From assembly GCA_963663765.2 (NCBI GenBank), contig CAXXUA010000005.1, positions 1,408,001 through 1,472,000 of the forward strand: a DNA stretch of 64,000 bases. Reading direction: 5' to 3'. This document shows positions 1 to 10,783 of the stretch, piece by piece (position 1 is the stretch's first letter; each line of letters begins with the position of its first letter). This DNA is from Candidatus Poribacteria bacterium (lineage in GTDB: Bacteria; Poribacteria; WGA-4E; WGA-3G). The notes under the pieces are model-generated. The model was not told where the DNA came from. It did no database searches and was given only the letters and a program-made list of their open reading frames with translations. A program made the position numbers and the translations under genes.

Positions 1-2
1 CA

Positions 3-587
3 ACGTTTTATAATAACACTGATAATTCAGGAACTTTTGCTTTTGGTAATATAACCGGTCTCACTGGATCTATTGCTGGGACAACTTATACAATCAAAGC
101 TATCGCTTATGCGTTGGACACAACAGTCAATCCGACTTCGGATACCGATAGTTATGAAGTGACAGTATATGAACCGCTCTATACGTATGATGTAGACGGT
201 AAAACGACACCGGATATCCCTGATGTATATGGTTACGCAGAAATTACTCGACACTACCGGTCCGGTGACGACATCATTTTTGATTATTATGCTGATGCAT
301 TCTATACTGGAAATGATGAGGATAAGGAGTATTCGGTGAGTACCGAAATCAAAAACACGATTCACGGGTTAGACGATGCTACACCTCAAGGGGAAACTGG
401 AACCTTAGACATAGATAATTTTTGGTTTAGGTATGGCGGTACCGATGGCGGCACCATCTCTGCATCACTTAGCAGCGGAATAGGTGGTACAGAATACAGG
501 TGTGAGGCTTATGTCAGGATCAAGGTGGTGGATGGTGATGATAGGGACGACTACTTTATAAACTATCAAACAGATTATACGAAATAG
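3..587 (+). CDS. Hypothetical, probably secreted protein (5' end outside window)
   Basis: The frame of ORF 114..587 is open back to the window edge; T/D/G/Y-rich, beta-type composition. Confidence 0.6.
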   Translation, partial: TFYNNTDNSGTFAFGNITGLTGSIAGTTYTIKAIAYALDTTVNPTSDTDSYEVTVYEPLYTYDVDGKTTPDIPDVYGYAEITRHYRSGDDIIFDYYADAFYTGNDEDKEYSVSTEIKNTIHGLDDATPQGETGTLDIDNFWFRYGGTDGGTISASLSSGIGGTEYRCEAYVRIKVVDGDDRDDYFINYQTDYTK

Positions 588-597
588 TAGTTATTAA

Positions 598-645
598 TCG
601 TTTTATCTGTGAAGGGGATGCATTTTCCCTTCACAGATAAAACGA
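598..645. terminator. 19-bp perfect-stem hairpin (terminator or regulatory)
   Basis: TCGTTTTATCTGTGAAGGG ... CCCTTCACAGATAAAACGA between two genes, directly before the next RBS. Confidence 0.55.
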
Positions 646-658
646 AGGGAGTCTATAC

Positions 659-1687
659 ATGCGTTTTCTAATTACAAGTTGCTGCCTTATATTACTGCTG
701 CTTACACAAACACACACTTATGCCAAAATACTTTTTGTGGCAGACGATTCCTTGACAGGTAGAAGACTTAATGTCATGGATGATGATGGCAGTAACGTCA
801 AGTTACTCTCCCACCAAGCGGGTTCATATTTTCCGCGTTGGTCTCCAGATGGGAAACAGATTGTATTTGGAAAACGATCTGAGAAAAATTCAAACGATTT
901 CAACATCTTCATCATGAATGCGGATGGAACAGATATAAGCCAACTTACCACCATTCGTGATAATCACCCCTCGTTTTCACCCGATGGAAAATCTATTGTT
1001 TTCAATAGGGATGAAGTCGCTCCAGATGGACGTAGCTTCAAACCTTATATCTGTTTGATGAATCTTGAAAACGGAATAGTTAAAAAGATCGCCAATGTCA
1101 ACGCTAATACTCCTTCTTTTTCTTCAAATGGAAAACACATTGTGTTTTCGGAGGTTCCTACCTTTGGAAAGAGCGGTGGAAATATCTGGATCATGGGTAC
1201 TGATGGGCGCGGTCTACGTGAACTTTTGCCACCATTATCACAAGGCGTGCCAATCATTAGCCGGTGGTTCCCGGCAATTTCTCCAGATGGCAAGCAGCTA
1301 CTTTATTTTCAGGACGAAGTTATACCTCATGTGGTAGATGGTGTAAGCCACCTTATCCCTCAAGCCTATCGCTACTTTATTTACGATCTCATAACTGGGC
1401 AGTCTCAAGAACTTAATATACCGAAAGACTATAAATGTGCGAGATTTGATTGGATGGATGGGAATAGATCGATTGTGTTCAGCGCATTTCAGGTAAAATT
1501 AAATGAGGTGCAGACTGAAACGGAAAATTACAACATCTATAAGTATAATATTTGGACAAAAAAGATTATAACCCTAAAAGATGATATGGTGGATAGTTTT
1601 TTGTTTCCAGATTGGATCAGTGATGATGTGTTATCAGTGACCCCACACAGCAAAAAAAAAGTAACATGGGGCGAGATAAAACAATAA
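659..1687 (+). CDS. Secreted TolB-like/PD40 beta-propeller protein
   Basis: Signal peptide; repeated P-x-W/F-S-P-D-G-K motifs; C-terminal SVTPHSKKKVTWGEIKQ tail. Confidence 0.85.
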   Translation: MRFLITSCCLILLLLTQTHTYAKILFVADDSLTGRRLNVMDDDGSNVKLLSHQAGSYFPRWSPDGKQIVFGKRSEKNSNDFNIFIMNADGTDISQLTTIRDNHPSFSPDGKSIVFNRDEVAPDGRSFKPYICLMNLENGIVKKIANVNANTPSFSSNGKHIVFSEVPTFGKSGGNIWIMGTDGRGLRELLPPLSQGVPIISRWFPAISPDGKQLLYFQDEVIPHVVDGVSHLIPQAYRYFIYDLITGQSQELNIPKDYKCARFDWMDGNRSIVFSAFQVKLNEVQTETENYNIYKYNIWTKKIITLKDDMVDSFLFPDWISDDVLSVTPHSKKKVTWGEIKQ

Positions 1688-1712
1688 ATCAAACAAATTA
1701 ACATTAAGCATA

Positions 1713-1748
1713 GGCAGGTATCGTTAGGATATCTGCCATTTTTATTTT
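1713..1748 (+). terminator. Rho-independent terminator
   Basis: GGCAGGTATC...GATATCTGCC stem followed by a T-tract after the 1687 stop. Confidence 0.7.
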
Positions 1749-1952
1749 CTAATGGAATACCTCTTATCGGAGGGAATCAACACAGGAATGGCATACTTTA
1801 CGCTATTTGACATAAACTATAGGAGTATATATCAGATGATATTCAATGACATTGAGTTCTTGCTCACTATGAGTTAAAAATAAAATTGTTGTCAAATTAC
1901 GAATCTCGTGTTAAAATGTTAGATATCACTCAATCTTAACGGAGGTTTACCC

Positions 1953-3176
1953 ATGCGTTTAACACGTGTCCTAACCACTTTGTTTTTATCACTATTTCTT
2001 ATCGGTTTCTTTTTGCCATCATCTTCGGATGGTTTTATTGAACGTGAGTTCACAATCCGAGAGATCCTTGATGCCTGCACAAATATTGTTTTCGGTGAAG
2101 TGAAAACTGTCAATACCACACGGTTGCAAGCAATCATCAAGGTCAATGACGACGTAAAGGGCAAAAGTTATCTTAAAGAAATCAAAATGAACTTTGCCAC
2201 TGGACAATATCTCAAAAATTCCACTCCCCAAAAGATGGTCAGGTTACTAAAACCCGGTATGCCGATTATCGTCTTCTACCGTCAACAATATGGTATTGAT
2301 AGCATGTGTTTTATTGATAACACATGGTTCCAAATGCGTGGATATAAAGGTAGAAGCGGCAGTTCATGGTGGAGTTTTACTCACATTGACCCGATGATGA
2401 ATCGAACTTTTGAGGGTAAGACATTAGCATTTCAAAAAGTTGTTCGTGACATGTTAGACGGCAAGATGTGGGTGGGTGTTCCCAAAAATGCCGTTAAAAT
2501 GCTGGTGTTGACTGGAAATAGTACCTCACCCACCTGGGGACAAACCCATGTTCATACCAACTCCATGACCTACGAATACCAAGCGATTCGCGATGTTAAG
2601 AAGGTTGACAAGCGACCTATGGCTTATGAATCCACCAAATTGAGCACACTCCCAAACTTGAAAGATGCCGATATTTTATGGCTCGGATATGAAGAAATAT
2701 CAAGCTTCGGTCGACACCTACTTACAAAAGACACTGAGAAAAAAATAAAAGAATTCGTCAAAAACGGTGGTATTGTCATTGTTTCCGGTCAGGACAGTAC
2801 ACCCATCAAACCTTGTAGCGTTGGATGGTTAGATGGCAATTTGAAAGGCGTTGAAAGTCCACCTGAAAGGTATTTTATCGTTACGGACAAATCCACACAA
2901 CTCTTTACAAGACCCAACATCGTCCAATCAGGCAAAATCTTTACTGATGATGCGTGGGTAAATTGGAAAAAAGATGACAAGGTATTTGCCACTACCCAAG
3001 AAAGAAAGGAACTTGTAATCGGGGCAAGATCTTATGGAAAAGGACTTTATATCATTACCAGTCTCCGCAACGATAACCAATATACAGTTTCAATGAACAA
3101 ACCACTCTTGGAAAACATTATCAATTATGCTGTCAATCAGATAGATAAAATGAAAAAACAAGTCAACACCGACTAA
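1953..3176 (+). CDS. Secreted hypothetical protein
   Basis: 407-aa ORF, GGAGG RBS, N-terminal signal peptide; C-terminal half looks class-I-GATase-like (IKEFVKNGGIVIV). Confidence 0.75.
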   Translation: MRLTRVLTTLFLSLFLIGFFLPSSSDGFIEREFTIREILDACTNIVFGEVKTVNTTRLQAIIKVNDDVKGKSYLKEIKMNFATGQYLKNSTPQKMVRLLKPGMPIIVFYRQQYGIDSMCFIDNTWFQMRGYKGRSGSSWWSFTHIDPMMNRTFEGKTLAFQKVVRDMLDGKMWVGVPKNAVKMLVLTGNSTSPTWGQTHVHTNSMTYEYQAIRDVKKVDKRPMAYESTKLSTLPNLKDADILWLGYEEISSFGRHLLTKDTEKKIKEFVKNGGIVIVSGQDSTPIKPCSVGWLDGNLKGVESPPERYFIVTDKSTQLFTRPNIVQSGKIFTDDAWVNWKKDDKVFATTQERKELVIGARSYGKGLYIITSLRNDNQYTVSMNKPLLENIINYAVNQIDKMKKQVNTD

Positions 3177-4405
3177 TGAAATTTTGCTATTACTAATGTA
3201 ACGTCATCATGCAGAATTTCTCCCCGCTGATATGTTTCAAGGTCAACCAAAATCGCATCCTTTATTTCAGTTGGTGTTAGATGTCTTTTTTCAGAGATAA
3301 GGTTTTTCAGTCTTTCATGTCCATATATCTCTTCCTTTGCATTGCAAGCTTCTGTGATACCATCCGAATAAAGCACAAGTAGGTCATCGGGTTCCCATGT
3401 CGTTTCAGAACTCTGGTAGTGTGTCACCGTTTCCCTATCCGGTAATGCAATACCAACAGGAGTAAATTGCGATTCCAATTCTATGAACCTTTTGCAATTT
3501 GCTCGGTAAAGTAACATCGCTGGGTGTCCCGCATTAGCGAATTCAAGTCGATTATCCTGATGAACAATCACATAACAACATGTCATATAGATAAAGGTTT
3601 GTGCATAATCCTCTGTAACACGACTGATAGCCTTCATCACTTCAGACACTGATGCGTCAAACCGAATTTGCGTTTGTATGCAGCTTTTTGTCATCGCCGC
3701 AACCATAGCAGAATGAAATCCGTGTCCCATCACATCCCCGATAAAGATCCCTACCTGTTTGTTAGGTAGATACAGATAGTCGTAGTAATCACCCCCAACA
3801 CTATTTGTCGGTTGACAAAACCCAGCAGAAGTTAAACAAGGATGGTTAATTTCTTTGTTTGGTAGTATTGATTGTTGCACCTCAGCAGCAAGCCGCATTG
3901 ACTCCTCTTGTGCGACCTCCTTTCGCATCGCACTCATCTGTATTTCAAGGTCATGCCGAATTTTATTATTTAGAACTCGAAACATACCTCTACCAATTTG
4001 GGGTTCCCGTGCCAATGCGTTAAAAAAGTCTTCCTGAGAAATACGCAGAAGGTCCGTCGGTGTGGCAGTTTTTATCGTCGCGCTTCTCAGTTTATTGTCA
4101 ATCAGTGCAACTTCCCCAAAACAATACCCTTTCTCCTTAAAGGACAAAACTTCCATGTCTGATTTGATAATGCTAATTTCACCATCAACAAGCAAGTAAA
4201 GCGAATCACCTTCATCTCCTTCTTCAAAAAGGATATGGTCTGCAGGATATGCCACCTCTTTCGCGATAGCACAAATTGATTTCAGATCCGCTATTGAGAG
4301 TTCCGCAAACAGTTCTGTGTTTTTTAAAAACTGTAATTTCTGTTCAACTAACATCACCGCATGTGTCCTTTGGATTTCACTGTATCTGAAGTAGTTATGT
4401 CTCAC
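3173..4405 (-). CDS. cNMP-binding domain + PP2C/SpoIIE (RsbU-like) phosphatase
   Basis: FGEVALIDNKLRSATI cNMP motif; VGGDYYD, GDVMGHG, LYSDGITE, DDVT phosphatase motifs. Confidence 0.9.
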   Translation of the reverse strand: MRHNYFRYSEIQRTHAVMLVEQKLQFLKNTELFAELSIADLKSICAIAKEVAYPADHILFEEGDEGDSLYLLVDGEISIIKSDMEVLSFKEKGYCFGEVALIDNKLRSATIKTATPTDLLRISQEDFFNALAREPQIGRGMFRVLNNKIRHDLEIQMSAMRKEVAQEESMRLAAEVQQSILPNKEINHPCLTSAGFCQPTNSVGGDYYDYLYLPNKQVGIFIGDVMGHGFHSAMVAAMTKSCIQTQIRFDASVSEVMKAISRVTEDYAQTFIYMTCCYVIVHQDNRLEFANAGHPAMLLYRANCKRFIELESQFTPVGIALPDRETVTHYQSSETTWEPDDLLVLYSDGITEACNAKEEIYGHERLKNLISEKRHLTPTEIKDAILVDLETYQRGEILHDDVTLVIAKFH

Positions 4406-4497
4406 TAACTGGGATGTGTTTTACAAGACATATTTATAATGCATCGTGGTATTATACTCATCTACTGAGGATTTGTCAATTCCCTTTTACGAAAAGG

Positions 4498-4617
4498 CAG
4501 GGCTATTCAGTTTTCCTAATTTTTGGATTTTTCCAAAAAGAACCCCGCGGTAGGAGCGACCTCCCGGTCGCGATTTTCTCAGAAAACGACTAAAATGCCT
4601 AATACTGAATAACCCTG
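4498..4617. mobile_element. 120-bp MITE (CAGGGCTATTCAG termini) with internal REP-like hairpin
   Basis: TIRs CAGGGCTATTCAG/CTGAATAACCCTG; 9-bp TSD ACGAAAAGG; near-identical copy at 35148-35267. Confidence 0.85.
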
Positions 4618-4624
4618 ACGAAAA

Positions 4625-5644
4625 GGGTGTGTAAAGTTTTTGCACAGAGGTACAAACTTTTGTTCTCTTTAATCCCGTAGGGACGCAATGTTTATAGAAA
4701 GACGTTATCACATCCCCTCTCTTTAGTTCCGTAGGAACGACATAGAAGGATAAACATATCGTCCCTACCAAATCAACGCCAAATGCGCGTATGGCATTTG
4801 TCGGGACTAAAAAGACGTGGGGATATGTATTTCTATAAACATATCGTCCCTACGGGACTGAAGAATATGGTTAATATTAACAATATTTCTTTATATTGAC
4901 ACCTAATGAAGTTTGACAATCAAAATCGGTAGTTGAATTCGTAGGGGTTGGGTTCCCCAACCCGTTTGGTTTTTGAGTTTGCGTAGGGGCGTGGAAACCA
5001 CGCCCCATAAGCGTCAATTTAAGGATTTTGACCTCTTGTGGGAGGGGTTTTCAACCCCGATTTGACAGAAAATAAACATAAAATCGGGGTTGAAAACCCC
5101 TCCCACAAGAGAAAATGCAACACTACTTCTTAAATTGACGCCTATGGGGCGTGGCAACCACGCCCCTACGAATACACAAAATACACAACTTGAACGTCAA
5201 AACTCATTAGGGCTCTGTGCCCCGCAATCTCTCATTTAATCATTGTGGGGCGGGCACAGAGCCCCGCCCTACAATGAAGAATGAGTAGTTTCCTTGTTTT
5301 CGTTCAAACATGTCGGGATCCAGTTGATCAATGAGAGGTTATCAATCCCAGTCCCTATCTGATTTCAAAAGGGATCGAAAGGTCTCAAATCACGATACCC
5401 TACCTTTGAAACCCACATTATGACTGGGTACCAACATTTTCAAGGCATCTTTGGTATCGGAAAAAGCGATAAAATCGTAGTTTTTGTTTCCTTTTTCTTT
5501 GAAAGGTTCGTTCAAGTTCTGTGCTACCTTTTGAGGTATTATTTTCTCAATGCGGGTATGGGTTTGTGTGTGCTCATAGTTGGTATGGTTTTCCACATTC
5601 ATTGGACAAAAACAAGGTAGTTTGTGCAAAAACTTTACACACCC
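4625..5644. mobile_element. Composite non-autonomous element (GGGTGTGTAAAGTTTTTGCACA termini) with nested MITEs and REP hairpins
   Basis: 22-bp TIRs; core shared with 42947-43690. Confidence 0.75.
5006..5146. mobile_element. IS231-like (IS4 family) MITE with REP doublet
   Basis: CATAAGCGTCAATTTAAG...CTTAAATTGACGCCTATG; 19-bp flanking duplication GGGCGTGG(A/C)AACCACGCCC. Confidence 0.8.
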
Positions 5645-5857
5645 TGCTCCTACCTGTGCAAGTGTGTAATTAATTCCATAATCTACCATAAATCACCCTG
5701 GCGAAAATCTCATGTATAATTTTTATGACAAACATGCTAATATTCAAATAAGATAATAAGTTTCAGTCATGAAATAAACACAATAGCTCATCTGTGAGAG
5801 GAGTTTATCTGAAATAAAATGAGCATTATTAATGAGCATTATTAATAGATACCCAAA

Positions 5858-6478
5858 ATGGAGAACAATATGATCTCAGTTTACAAAATCAAACCTTTGT
5901 TCCAAAAATTGCTCAAACCACTGCTTAATATGCTATATAAAATGGGCTTTACTGCAAATAGTATTACATGGATTGCAATACTATTATCTGCCACGATTGG
6001 GGTGTTATTCTGGTTTTATCCTAATGGATTTATGCTATGGATTTTTGCCCTAGCCTTATTGGTGAGAATGGTATTGAACGCACTCGACGGCATGATGGCA
6101 AAGACGTATAATATGACAAGTGTTTCAGGGGAAATATTGAATGAACTTGGTGATGTTGTTTCGGACGCCGCCATGTTTATTCCTTTGATAAAACTAACTG
6201 GTGTGAATATAAGGTATGTGCTTTTGTTTGTATTCCTCGCTACGTTGAATGAATTCATTGGTGTATTGACAAAAGCAGCGACGGGTACAAGAAGATATGA
6301 TGGTCCCATGGGTAAGAGCGATCGCGCATTAGTTTTAGGAATTACCTGTTTGCTGTTCTTCTTTTTCTCACAGATACAGGTCGCTTTCAATTATATTTTC
6401 ATCGGAATGAGTTTCTTATTAGTGCTTAGTTCAGCAATTCGCATAAAAAATGGACTCGCACAAATTGGAGGTGAATAA
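5858..6478 (+). CDS. CDP-alcohol phosphatidyltransferase (YnbA-like)
   Basis: LNALDGMMAK..GEILNELGDVVSD motif; YDGPMGKSDRA. Confidence 0.85.
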   Translation: MENNMISVYKIKPLFQKLLKPLLNMLYKMGFTANSITWIAILLSATIGVLFWFYPNGFMLWIFALALLVRMVLNALDGMMAKTYNMTSVSGEILNELGDVVSDAAMFIPLIKLTGVNIRYVLLFVFLATLNEFIGVLTKAATGTRRYDGPMGKSDRALVLGITCLLFFFFSQIQVAFNYIFIGMSFLLVLSSAIRIKNGLAQIGGE

Positions 6479-7449
6479 TGGATCTTCTCATCATAGATCA
6501 TTTAAGAGAACAAAGGGAAATTGCTATAGTCATTGGGTTGATTTTCGGCATTCTGGTTTTTGCGTCTATCCTATTTTGGATTATGAAAAAGGTAAAACCG
6601 AAAGCCGACTTTTCCGAACTAATAATGAGAACCAAATCTTGGTGGGTCATGGCGACTATCTTTGTCTTGGCAACCATTTTACACTCAATTATCACCTACG
6701 TTTCGTTAGCGTTACTGTCCTTTTTGGCATTAAAGGAATTATCATCAATCAGCAAGAATGTCAGAGATGTTGACCGAAAAGTCCTAATTTGGTGTTTTCT
6801 CAGTATACCAGTTCAATACTATCTCGCTTACATCGGTCAATACGGTCTATTTCTCATCTTTATTCCTGTGGTGATGTATCTTTGGATAGCTTTTATGTTG
6901 GTGATCATAGGTGAAACGGAAGATATCAGCCGATCAATGAGCGTGCTACCAAGCCAATTGATGCTGACAGTATTTGGTGTGAGTCATTTGGCTTTTCTGG
7001 TGTCTTTGCCAAATATTGAGGGATTTGATGCAGGTGGAAGAGCACTCTTGTTGTTCATAGTCTTCATCACAGAAATGAATGATGTTTTTCAGTTCACTTG
7101 GGGGAAATTGTTAGGTAGATTTAAGATCATCCCTAAGGTAAGTCCAAATAAAACATGGGAAGGATTGATAGGTGGTGTCATTACAACTGTGGTAGTCGGA
7201 TATTTCTTGCGTTTTTTGACACCATTTTCTGAAATACAAATACTCATCACATGTGGATGCATTGCAATCATCGGTTTCATTGGGGATGTGGTTGTTTCAG
7301 CGATAAAAAGAGATATAGGACTAAAAGATACAGGCGATACAATTCCTGGGCATGGCGGCATCTTAGATAGAATAGATTCGCTGGCGGTTACAGGACCGAT
7401 CTTTTTTCATATCGTCTATTATTTGCATTATAATACAATTCCTGTATAA
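6478..7449 (+). CDS. Phosphatidate cytidylyltransferase (YnbB/CdsA-like)
   Basis: SPNKTWEG, SAIKRDIGLKDTG, PGHGGILDRIDS motifs; coupled to the upstream gene. Confidence 0.9.
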   Translation: MDLLIIDHLREQREIAIVIGLIFGILVFASILFWIMKKVKPKADFSELIMRTKSWWVMATIFVLATILHSIITYVSLALLSFLALKELSSISKNVRDVDRKVLIWCFLSIPVQYYLAYIGQYGLFLIFIPVVMYLWIAFMLVIIGETEDISRSMSVLPSQLMLTVFGVSHLAFLVSLPNIEGFDAGGRALLLFIVFITEMNDVFQFTWGKLLGRFKIIPKVSPNKTWEGLIGGVITTVVVGYFLRFLTPFSEIQILITCGCIAIIGFIGDVVVSAIKRDIGLKDTGDTIPGHGGILDRIDSLAVTGPIFFHIVYYLHYNTIPV

Positions 7450-7492
7450 TACCATTTTCATGTGATAATGTCTCATTATCAGCGGAAATCTG

Positions 7493-7612
7493 CAGGGTTA
7501 TTCAGTTTTCCTAATTTTTGGATTTTTGAAAAAGAAACCCCGCGGTAGGAGCGACCTCCTGGTCGCGATTTTCTCAGGAATCGGGTAAAATGGGTAAAAT
7601 TGAATAACCCTG
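7493..7612. mobile_element. MITE copy (CAGGGTTATTCAG family), next to a truncated TA-MITE (7449-7492)
   Basis: Same TIRs and internal GTAGGAGCGACC hairpin as 4498-4617. Confidence 0.75.
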
Positions 7613-7690
7613 CGTGTGAACGGTATAAGTTGCTTAAGCCGTGATTTTGTGGTAACATAATTCAAAAGGAATGATAGAGGTGGAATATAA

Positions 7691-8692
7691 ATGAATGAAA
7701 GTTATCGTGTTGCGATTGTCGGTGCAACAGGGGCAGTCGGCAACACTATGTTAGAACTTTTAGAAGAACGTTCTTTTCCTGTTGGAAGTCTAAAACTACT
7801 GGCATCTCACAGATCCGCAGGTGAAATCTTGACTTTCAAAGGGGCACACATCACTATTGAAGAGTTGACGCACGACTCATTTGATGATGTAGACCTTGTC
7901 TTTTCATCTGCAGGTGCATCCGTAAGCCGAGAATTCATCCCAACTGCGGTTAATAAAGGCGCGTTAGTTATTGACAACACAAGTGCTTTCCGAATGGATA
8001 CTGACACACCGTTAGTCGTGCCAGAAGTGAATATGGATGCCGCACAAAAACACAATGGACTCATCGCAAACCCAAACTGTTCAACTATACAGATGATGGT
8101 CGCACTCAAACCGATTTACGATACCGTCGGTATCAAAAGAATCGTTGTATCTACCTATCAGAGTGTTTCCGGTAAAAGTGGACGTGCAGTGAACGAACTG
8201 ATTTTGCAAACAACTGAGGCATTAGAAGGTAAACCTGTCACCCTTGATATGTTCCCGCATCAAATGGCATTTAATGTCGCTTTTGATTGGCCCTTCGCTG
8301 ATACAGGGGACAGTGAAGAAGAGGTGAAAATGGTCAACGAAACACACAAAATTCTATCTGATGATACCATCGGGGTTTCCGCAACGACTGTCCGCGTACC
8401 TGTTTTCTTTGCACATTCTGAATCCATAAATCTTGAAACACACGAAAAACTTACACCTGCAGAAGCACGTAAGTGTCTTGAAGATGCGCCAGGAGTACAA
8501 CTTATTGACGACCCAGATAATTTTAACTACCCCATGGCGATTGATGCCGCAGGTAAAGATGATGTGTTTGTCGGACGCATTCGAGAAGACCTATCAATTC
8601 CGAACGGATTAAATATGTGGGTTGTCGCTGATAATCTCCGTAAAGGTGCAGCCTTAAATGCTATCCAGATCGCTGAAAAACTCCTGCTATAG
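7691..8692 (+). CDS. asd: Aspartate-semialdehyde dehydrogenase
   Basis: GATGAVG, ANPNCST, STYQSVSG, DNLRKGAALN. Confidence 0.97.
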   Translation: MNESYRVAIVGATGAVGNTMLELLEERSFPVGSLKLLASHRSAGEILTFKGAHITIEELTHDSFDDVDLVFSSAGASVSREFIPTAVNKGALVIDNTSAFRMDTDTPLVVPEVNMDAAQKHNGLIANPNCSTIQMMVALKPIYDTVGIKRIVVSTYQSVSGKSGRAVNELILQTTEALEGKPVTLDMFPHQMAFNVAFDWPFADTGDSEEEVKMVNETHKILSDDTIGVSATTVRVPVFFAHSESINLETHEKLTPAEARKCLEDAPGVQLIDDPDNFNYPMAIDAAGKDDVFVGRIREDLSIPNGLNMWVVADNLRKGAALNAIQIAEKLLL

Positions 8693-8725
8693 ATAAACGC
8701 TTTATTTAGTAGACCTAATCATAAG

Positions 8726-9859
8726 ATGGAATTAAACCGAGAAACTATACCTCAATATCTGCGCGAACATCAGTCTGAGATAGGCTTTTTTGATAAGGAT
8801 ACAGAGTTACATGTTGAGGAAATCGGTGATGGCAATCTAAACTTCGTTTATCGGGTTTATGATGCAGCGCAACCGGAACGGTCACTTGTCTTGAAACAGG
8901 CACCTCCATATATTAAGATATTAGGTCCTGATTATCCATTACCTCCTGAACGTTTGACTTTTGAATCCCGATCGCTTGAGATATACAATCAACTTGCAAG
9001 TGAGACAGTACCAACGCAATACTATTTCGATAGTGATGCTGCAGTTATTGTGATGGAATATCTCAAAGGTTACCGTCTGCTACGAGATGAACTCATTGCG
9101 GGACATGTGAATCAGACCATCCCTGAAAAGATTGGCAAACTTATGGGGAGTGTACATAGTCAAACTTATATCAATAATCTTGAAGATTCCGAAATTGATA
9201 AGTACCGACAAGATTTTGCTAACACTGTCATGCAATCCATCACAGCAGATTACGTTTTCACATTCCCTTTTATGGAACATGAAACAAATTTCTATACAGA
9301 TGGGTTAGAAACCACAGTAGATCAACTGAAATCAGATGAATCTTTTAGACAACAAGCCGATACGCTAAAGAGCATTTTCCTTGAAGTACAACGTGGCGTA
9401 ACACACGGCGACCTTCATACCGGTAGTATTATGGTCAATGGTGAAAATGCTAAAGTGATTGATTCGGAGTTCGCCTTCTACGGTCCCGTAGCATTTGATG
9501 TAGGACTGTTTTGGGCAAATTATCTGTTATCTTATTATTCTCATACTGATGACATCAAAACACAGTCGCAAATAGTTGCTGCAATTATTCGGTCTTGGGA
9601 AACCTATACAGAAGCGTTTATGATGGATAAATCGCTAAAGTCTCGCACCTTACATACGATTTTCCACGAAACTGTTGGGTTTGCAGGTATGGAGATGTTA
9701 CGACGAGTTATCGGCGCAGCGCATGTTAAGGACATTGAAAACATTAAGAATATGAATCGGAAATTATGTATAGAAACTGCAATACTCAAATTCGGTCAAA
9801 CACTTGTAAAGGATCATAATATCATCTTTAATGTTGGAGAGATGATAGAATTATTGTAG
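8726..9859 (+). CDS. mtnK: S-methyl-5-thioribose kinase
   Basis: EIGDGNLNFV, KQAPPY, HGDLHTGS, IDSEFAFYGP, EMLRRVIG. Confidence 0.93.
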   Translation: MELNRETIPQYLREHQSEIGFFDKDTELHVEEIGDGNLNFVYRVYDAAQPERSLVLKQAPPYIKILGPDYPLPPERLTFESRSLEIYNQLASETVPTQYYFDSDAAVIVMEYLKGYRLLRDELIAGHVNQTIPEKIGKLMGSVHSQTYINNLEDSEIDKYRQDFANTVMQSITADYVFTFPFMEHETNFYTDGLETTVDQLKSDESFRQQADTLKSIFLEVQRGVTHGDLHTGSIMVNGENAKVIDSEFAFYGPVAFDVGLFWANYLLSYYSHTDDIKTQSQIVAAIIRSWETYTEAFMMDKSLKSRTLHTIFHETVGFAGMEMLRRVIGAAHVKDIENIKNMNRKLCIETAILKFGQTLVKDHNIIFNVGEMIELL

Positions 9860-9919
9860 AATGACTTTCTTCTGAAAGTGAACAACCAACACAACAACTA
9901 AGTAATACCACAAAATAAA

Positions 9920-10783
9920 ATGAGAGACTACTACGAAATACTCGGTGTCAAACGAAACGCCTCAGCAGATGAGATCAAAAAAGCATACCGTAAATTAGCA
10001 GTGAAATATCATCCAGATAAGAACCCTGGCGACAAAGCTGCTGAGGAGAAATTCAAAGAAGCATCTAATGCCTATTCGGTGCTATCTGATCCAGATAAGC
10101 GGCGAGTCTATAATACGCGTGGTCATGCTGGTGTTCACGGGATGGGTTTTGAAGGGTATACCAATGTGGAGGACATCTTCACACACATCAACTATAACGA
10201 TCTTTTTGGACGCGCAGCTCACGGAGGTTTTGGGGGCGCGTTCAGCGATGTCTTCGGTCCTCAACACCGAACGACACACACATATCGTGGACGAGATCAA
10301 CACCTAAACCTAACTATATCCTTCGCTGATGCAGTAAACGGAACTCAGAAAGACGTAAGAATCAGAGGAAAAAACATCACATTAAAAATACCCCCCGGGA
10401 TCAAAGACGGCCAAACGCTTCGCCTACGTGGACACGGTGAATCTATGGGCGCAGGACCAGCAGGAAACCTTTTAGTCAAAATTTCTGTTCAACCGCATCC
10501 ATCCTTAACACGCGATGGACTGGACTTGGTTACAGATGCCAAAGTGCCTATGACAACGGCAGCGTTAGGTGGCATCGTTCAAGTGCAAACGCTAACAGGA
10601 AATGTAAAGATCAAAATACCAGCAGGGGCACAACCCGGACAGCAGTTACGCCTACGTGGACAAGGCATATTAGACACATCCGGCAGAAATGGCGACCTAC
10701 GAGTCCGAATTGACGTGGAAATTCCAAAGTCATTGTCACGCAAACAGAAAGACCTACTAAAACAGCTTGCGAAGACACTATGA
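9920..10783 (+). CDS. DnaJ-class chaperone (CbpA-like, no Zn finger)
   Basis: J-domain with HPD, G/F region, DnaJ_C domain; no CxxCxGxG repeats. Confidence 0.93.
   Translation: MRDYYEILGVKRNASADEIKKAYRKLAVKYHPDKNPGDKAAEEKFKEASNAYSVLSDPDKRRVYNTRGHAGVHGMGFEGYTNVEDIFTHINYNDLFGRAAHGGFGGAFSDVFGPQHRTTHTYRGRDQHLNLTISFADAVNGTQKDVRIRGKNITLKIPPGIKDGQTLRLRGHGESMGAGPAGNLLVKISVQPHPSLTRDGLDLVTDAKVPMTTAALGGIVQVQTLTGNVKIKIPAGAQPGQQLRLRGQGILDTSGRNGDLRVRIDVEIPKSLSRKQKDLLKQLAKTL

Noticed and set aside
5390-5689. Small ORFs in MITE regions (also 4487-4771, 16794-17021, 17091-17345, 36111-36332, 43088-43724)
   Set aside because: They overlap repeat elements and have no recognisable protein features.
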